Part shown: in pieces, positions 63,148 through 64,000 of the stretch
Numbering within the stretch: the stretch's first letter is position 1
How the letters are laid out: each line of letters begins with the position of its first letter
DNA from: the human T2T-CHM13v2.0 reference genome, Homo sapiens
DNA length: 64,000 nt
Assembly (NCBI RefSeq): GCF_009914755.1
Contig: NC_060925.1
Strand: one strand, 5' to 3'
The notes under the pieces: generated by a model
What the model was told of the DNA's origin: nothing
Databases searched by the model: none
What the model saw: the letters and a program-made list of their open reading frames with translations, nothing else
Made by a program: the position numbers and the translations under genes

Positions 63148-63440
63148 CTAGAAATCGAGCAGGAACCTTGGAGGACCTATTGCTTAAGGTGTGGGCGAAA
63201 GAAAGTAAGTTAGGGCAAGAGACTAAGGTATGCCAGAGACCCAGGACAAAACACAGTGCAGAGTGATGTCACAGAGCCAAATGGGAGTGCAAGCTATGGC
63301 AAGCCCTCCCAAGTATGTGTGGGTTAAATGTGATTAAATTCAAAATCTCTCAACCCAAAAATTTTCTCCACAAAGGAAGTAGAGAAACAAAACAGTTCAT
63401 TATTGAATAAGCATTAAACCAGAATGTGATGTGTGAATAT

Positions 63441-64000
63441 AATGGAATGGAATGGATTCGAAAGAAATGGAATGGAATGGAATGGAGTGGAATGGAATGG
63501 ACCCGAATGGAATGGAACAGAATGGAATGGAATGGAACGCACTCGAATGGAATGGAATGGAATGGAATGGAATGGAATGGAATGGAATGGAATGGAATGG
63601 AACGGACATGAATGGAATGGAATGGAATGGACACGAATGGAACAGAATGGAACGGAATAGACTCGAATGGGATGGAATGGAATTGAATGGACTCTAATGG
63701 AATGGACATGAATGGAATGGAATGGACTCAATTAGAATGCAGTTGAATTGAAAGGATCCAAAAGGAATGCAATGGAATGCATTGGAATGGAATGGAATGG
63801 AATGGAATGGAATGGAATGGACTTGAATGGGATGGACTCTAATGGAATGGAATGGAATGGAACTGAATGGAATGGAATGGACTTGAATGGAATAGAATGG
63901 AATGGAATGGAATGGACTCGAAAGAAATAGAATGGAATGGATTCAAATGGAATGGAATGGACACAAATGGAACCAAATGGAATGGAATGGACTCGAATGG
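63441..64000 (+). repeat. (GGAAT)n satellite, HSat3 type; runs past the window end
   Basis: Pentamer runs with variants ggactcgaatgg, ggacccgaatgg, ggacatgaatgg. Confidence 0.95.

Noticed and set aside
63350-63930. MEWNG/FHSIP repeat ORFs
   Set aside because: Artefacts of the stop-poor GGAAT pentamer satellite.

Overview
Primate (human-like) genomic DNA: an Alu-rich segmental-duplication mosaic with no intact conventional protein-coding gene. From 5' to 3': (1) a processed, internally scrambled Capicua (CIC) pseudogene, 1-~3146 (+). (2) A diverged ~29-bp G-rich minisatellite carrying a 258-codon repeat-derived ORF on the minus strand. (3) ~4-28.5 kb of old duplicated repeat blocks in permuted order, with later MER11, Alu and U6 insertions in only one copy. 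(4) An unprocessed GTF2I pseudogene fragment (4 exons, minus strand), with two exons in swapped order and one split by an Alu. (5) A CRE-rich, probably bidirectional CpG-island promoter at ~44.1-44.9 kb. (6) An AT-rich SEPTIN7 genomic fragment (3 exons, +). (7) L1 remnants, an LTR7 solo LTR, and the start of a (GGAAT)n HSat3-type satellite at 63441. From memory (not a search), the order matches the human 1q42.11 CICP5 / GTF2IP20 / RNU6-1319P / SEPTIN7P13 locus, but near-identical paralogues exist, so the numbered symbols are provisional. No prokaryotic-type system is present. The most notable signals are scrambling at three scales and a stop-free spliced frame joining the CpG-island exon to the septin exons.
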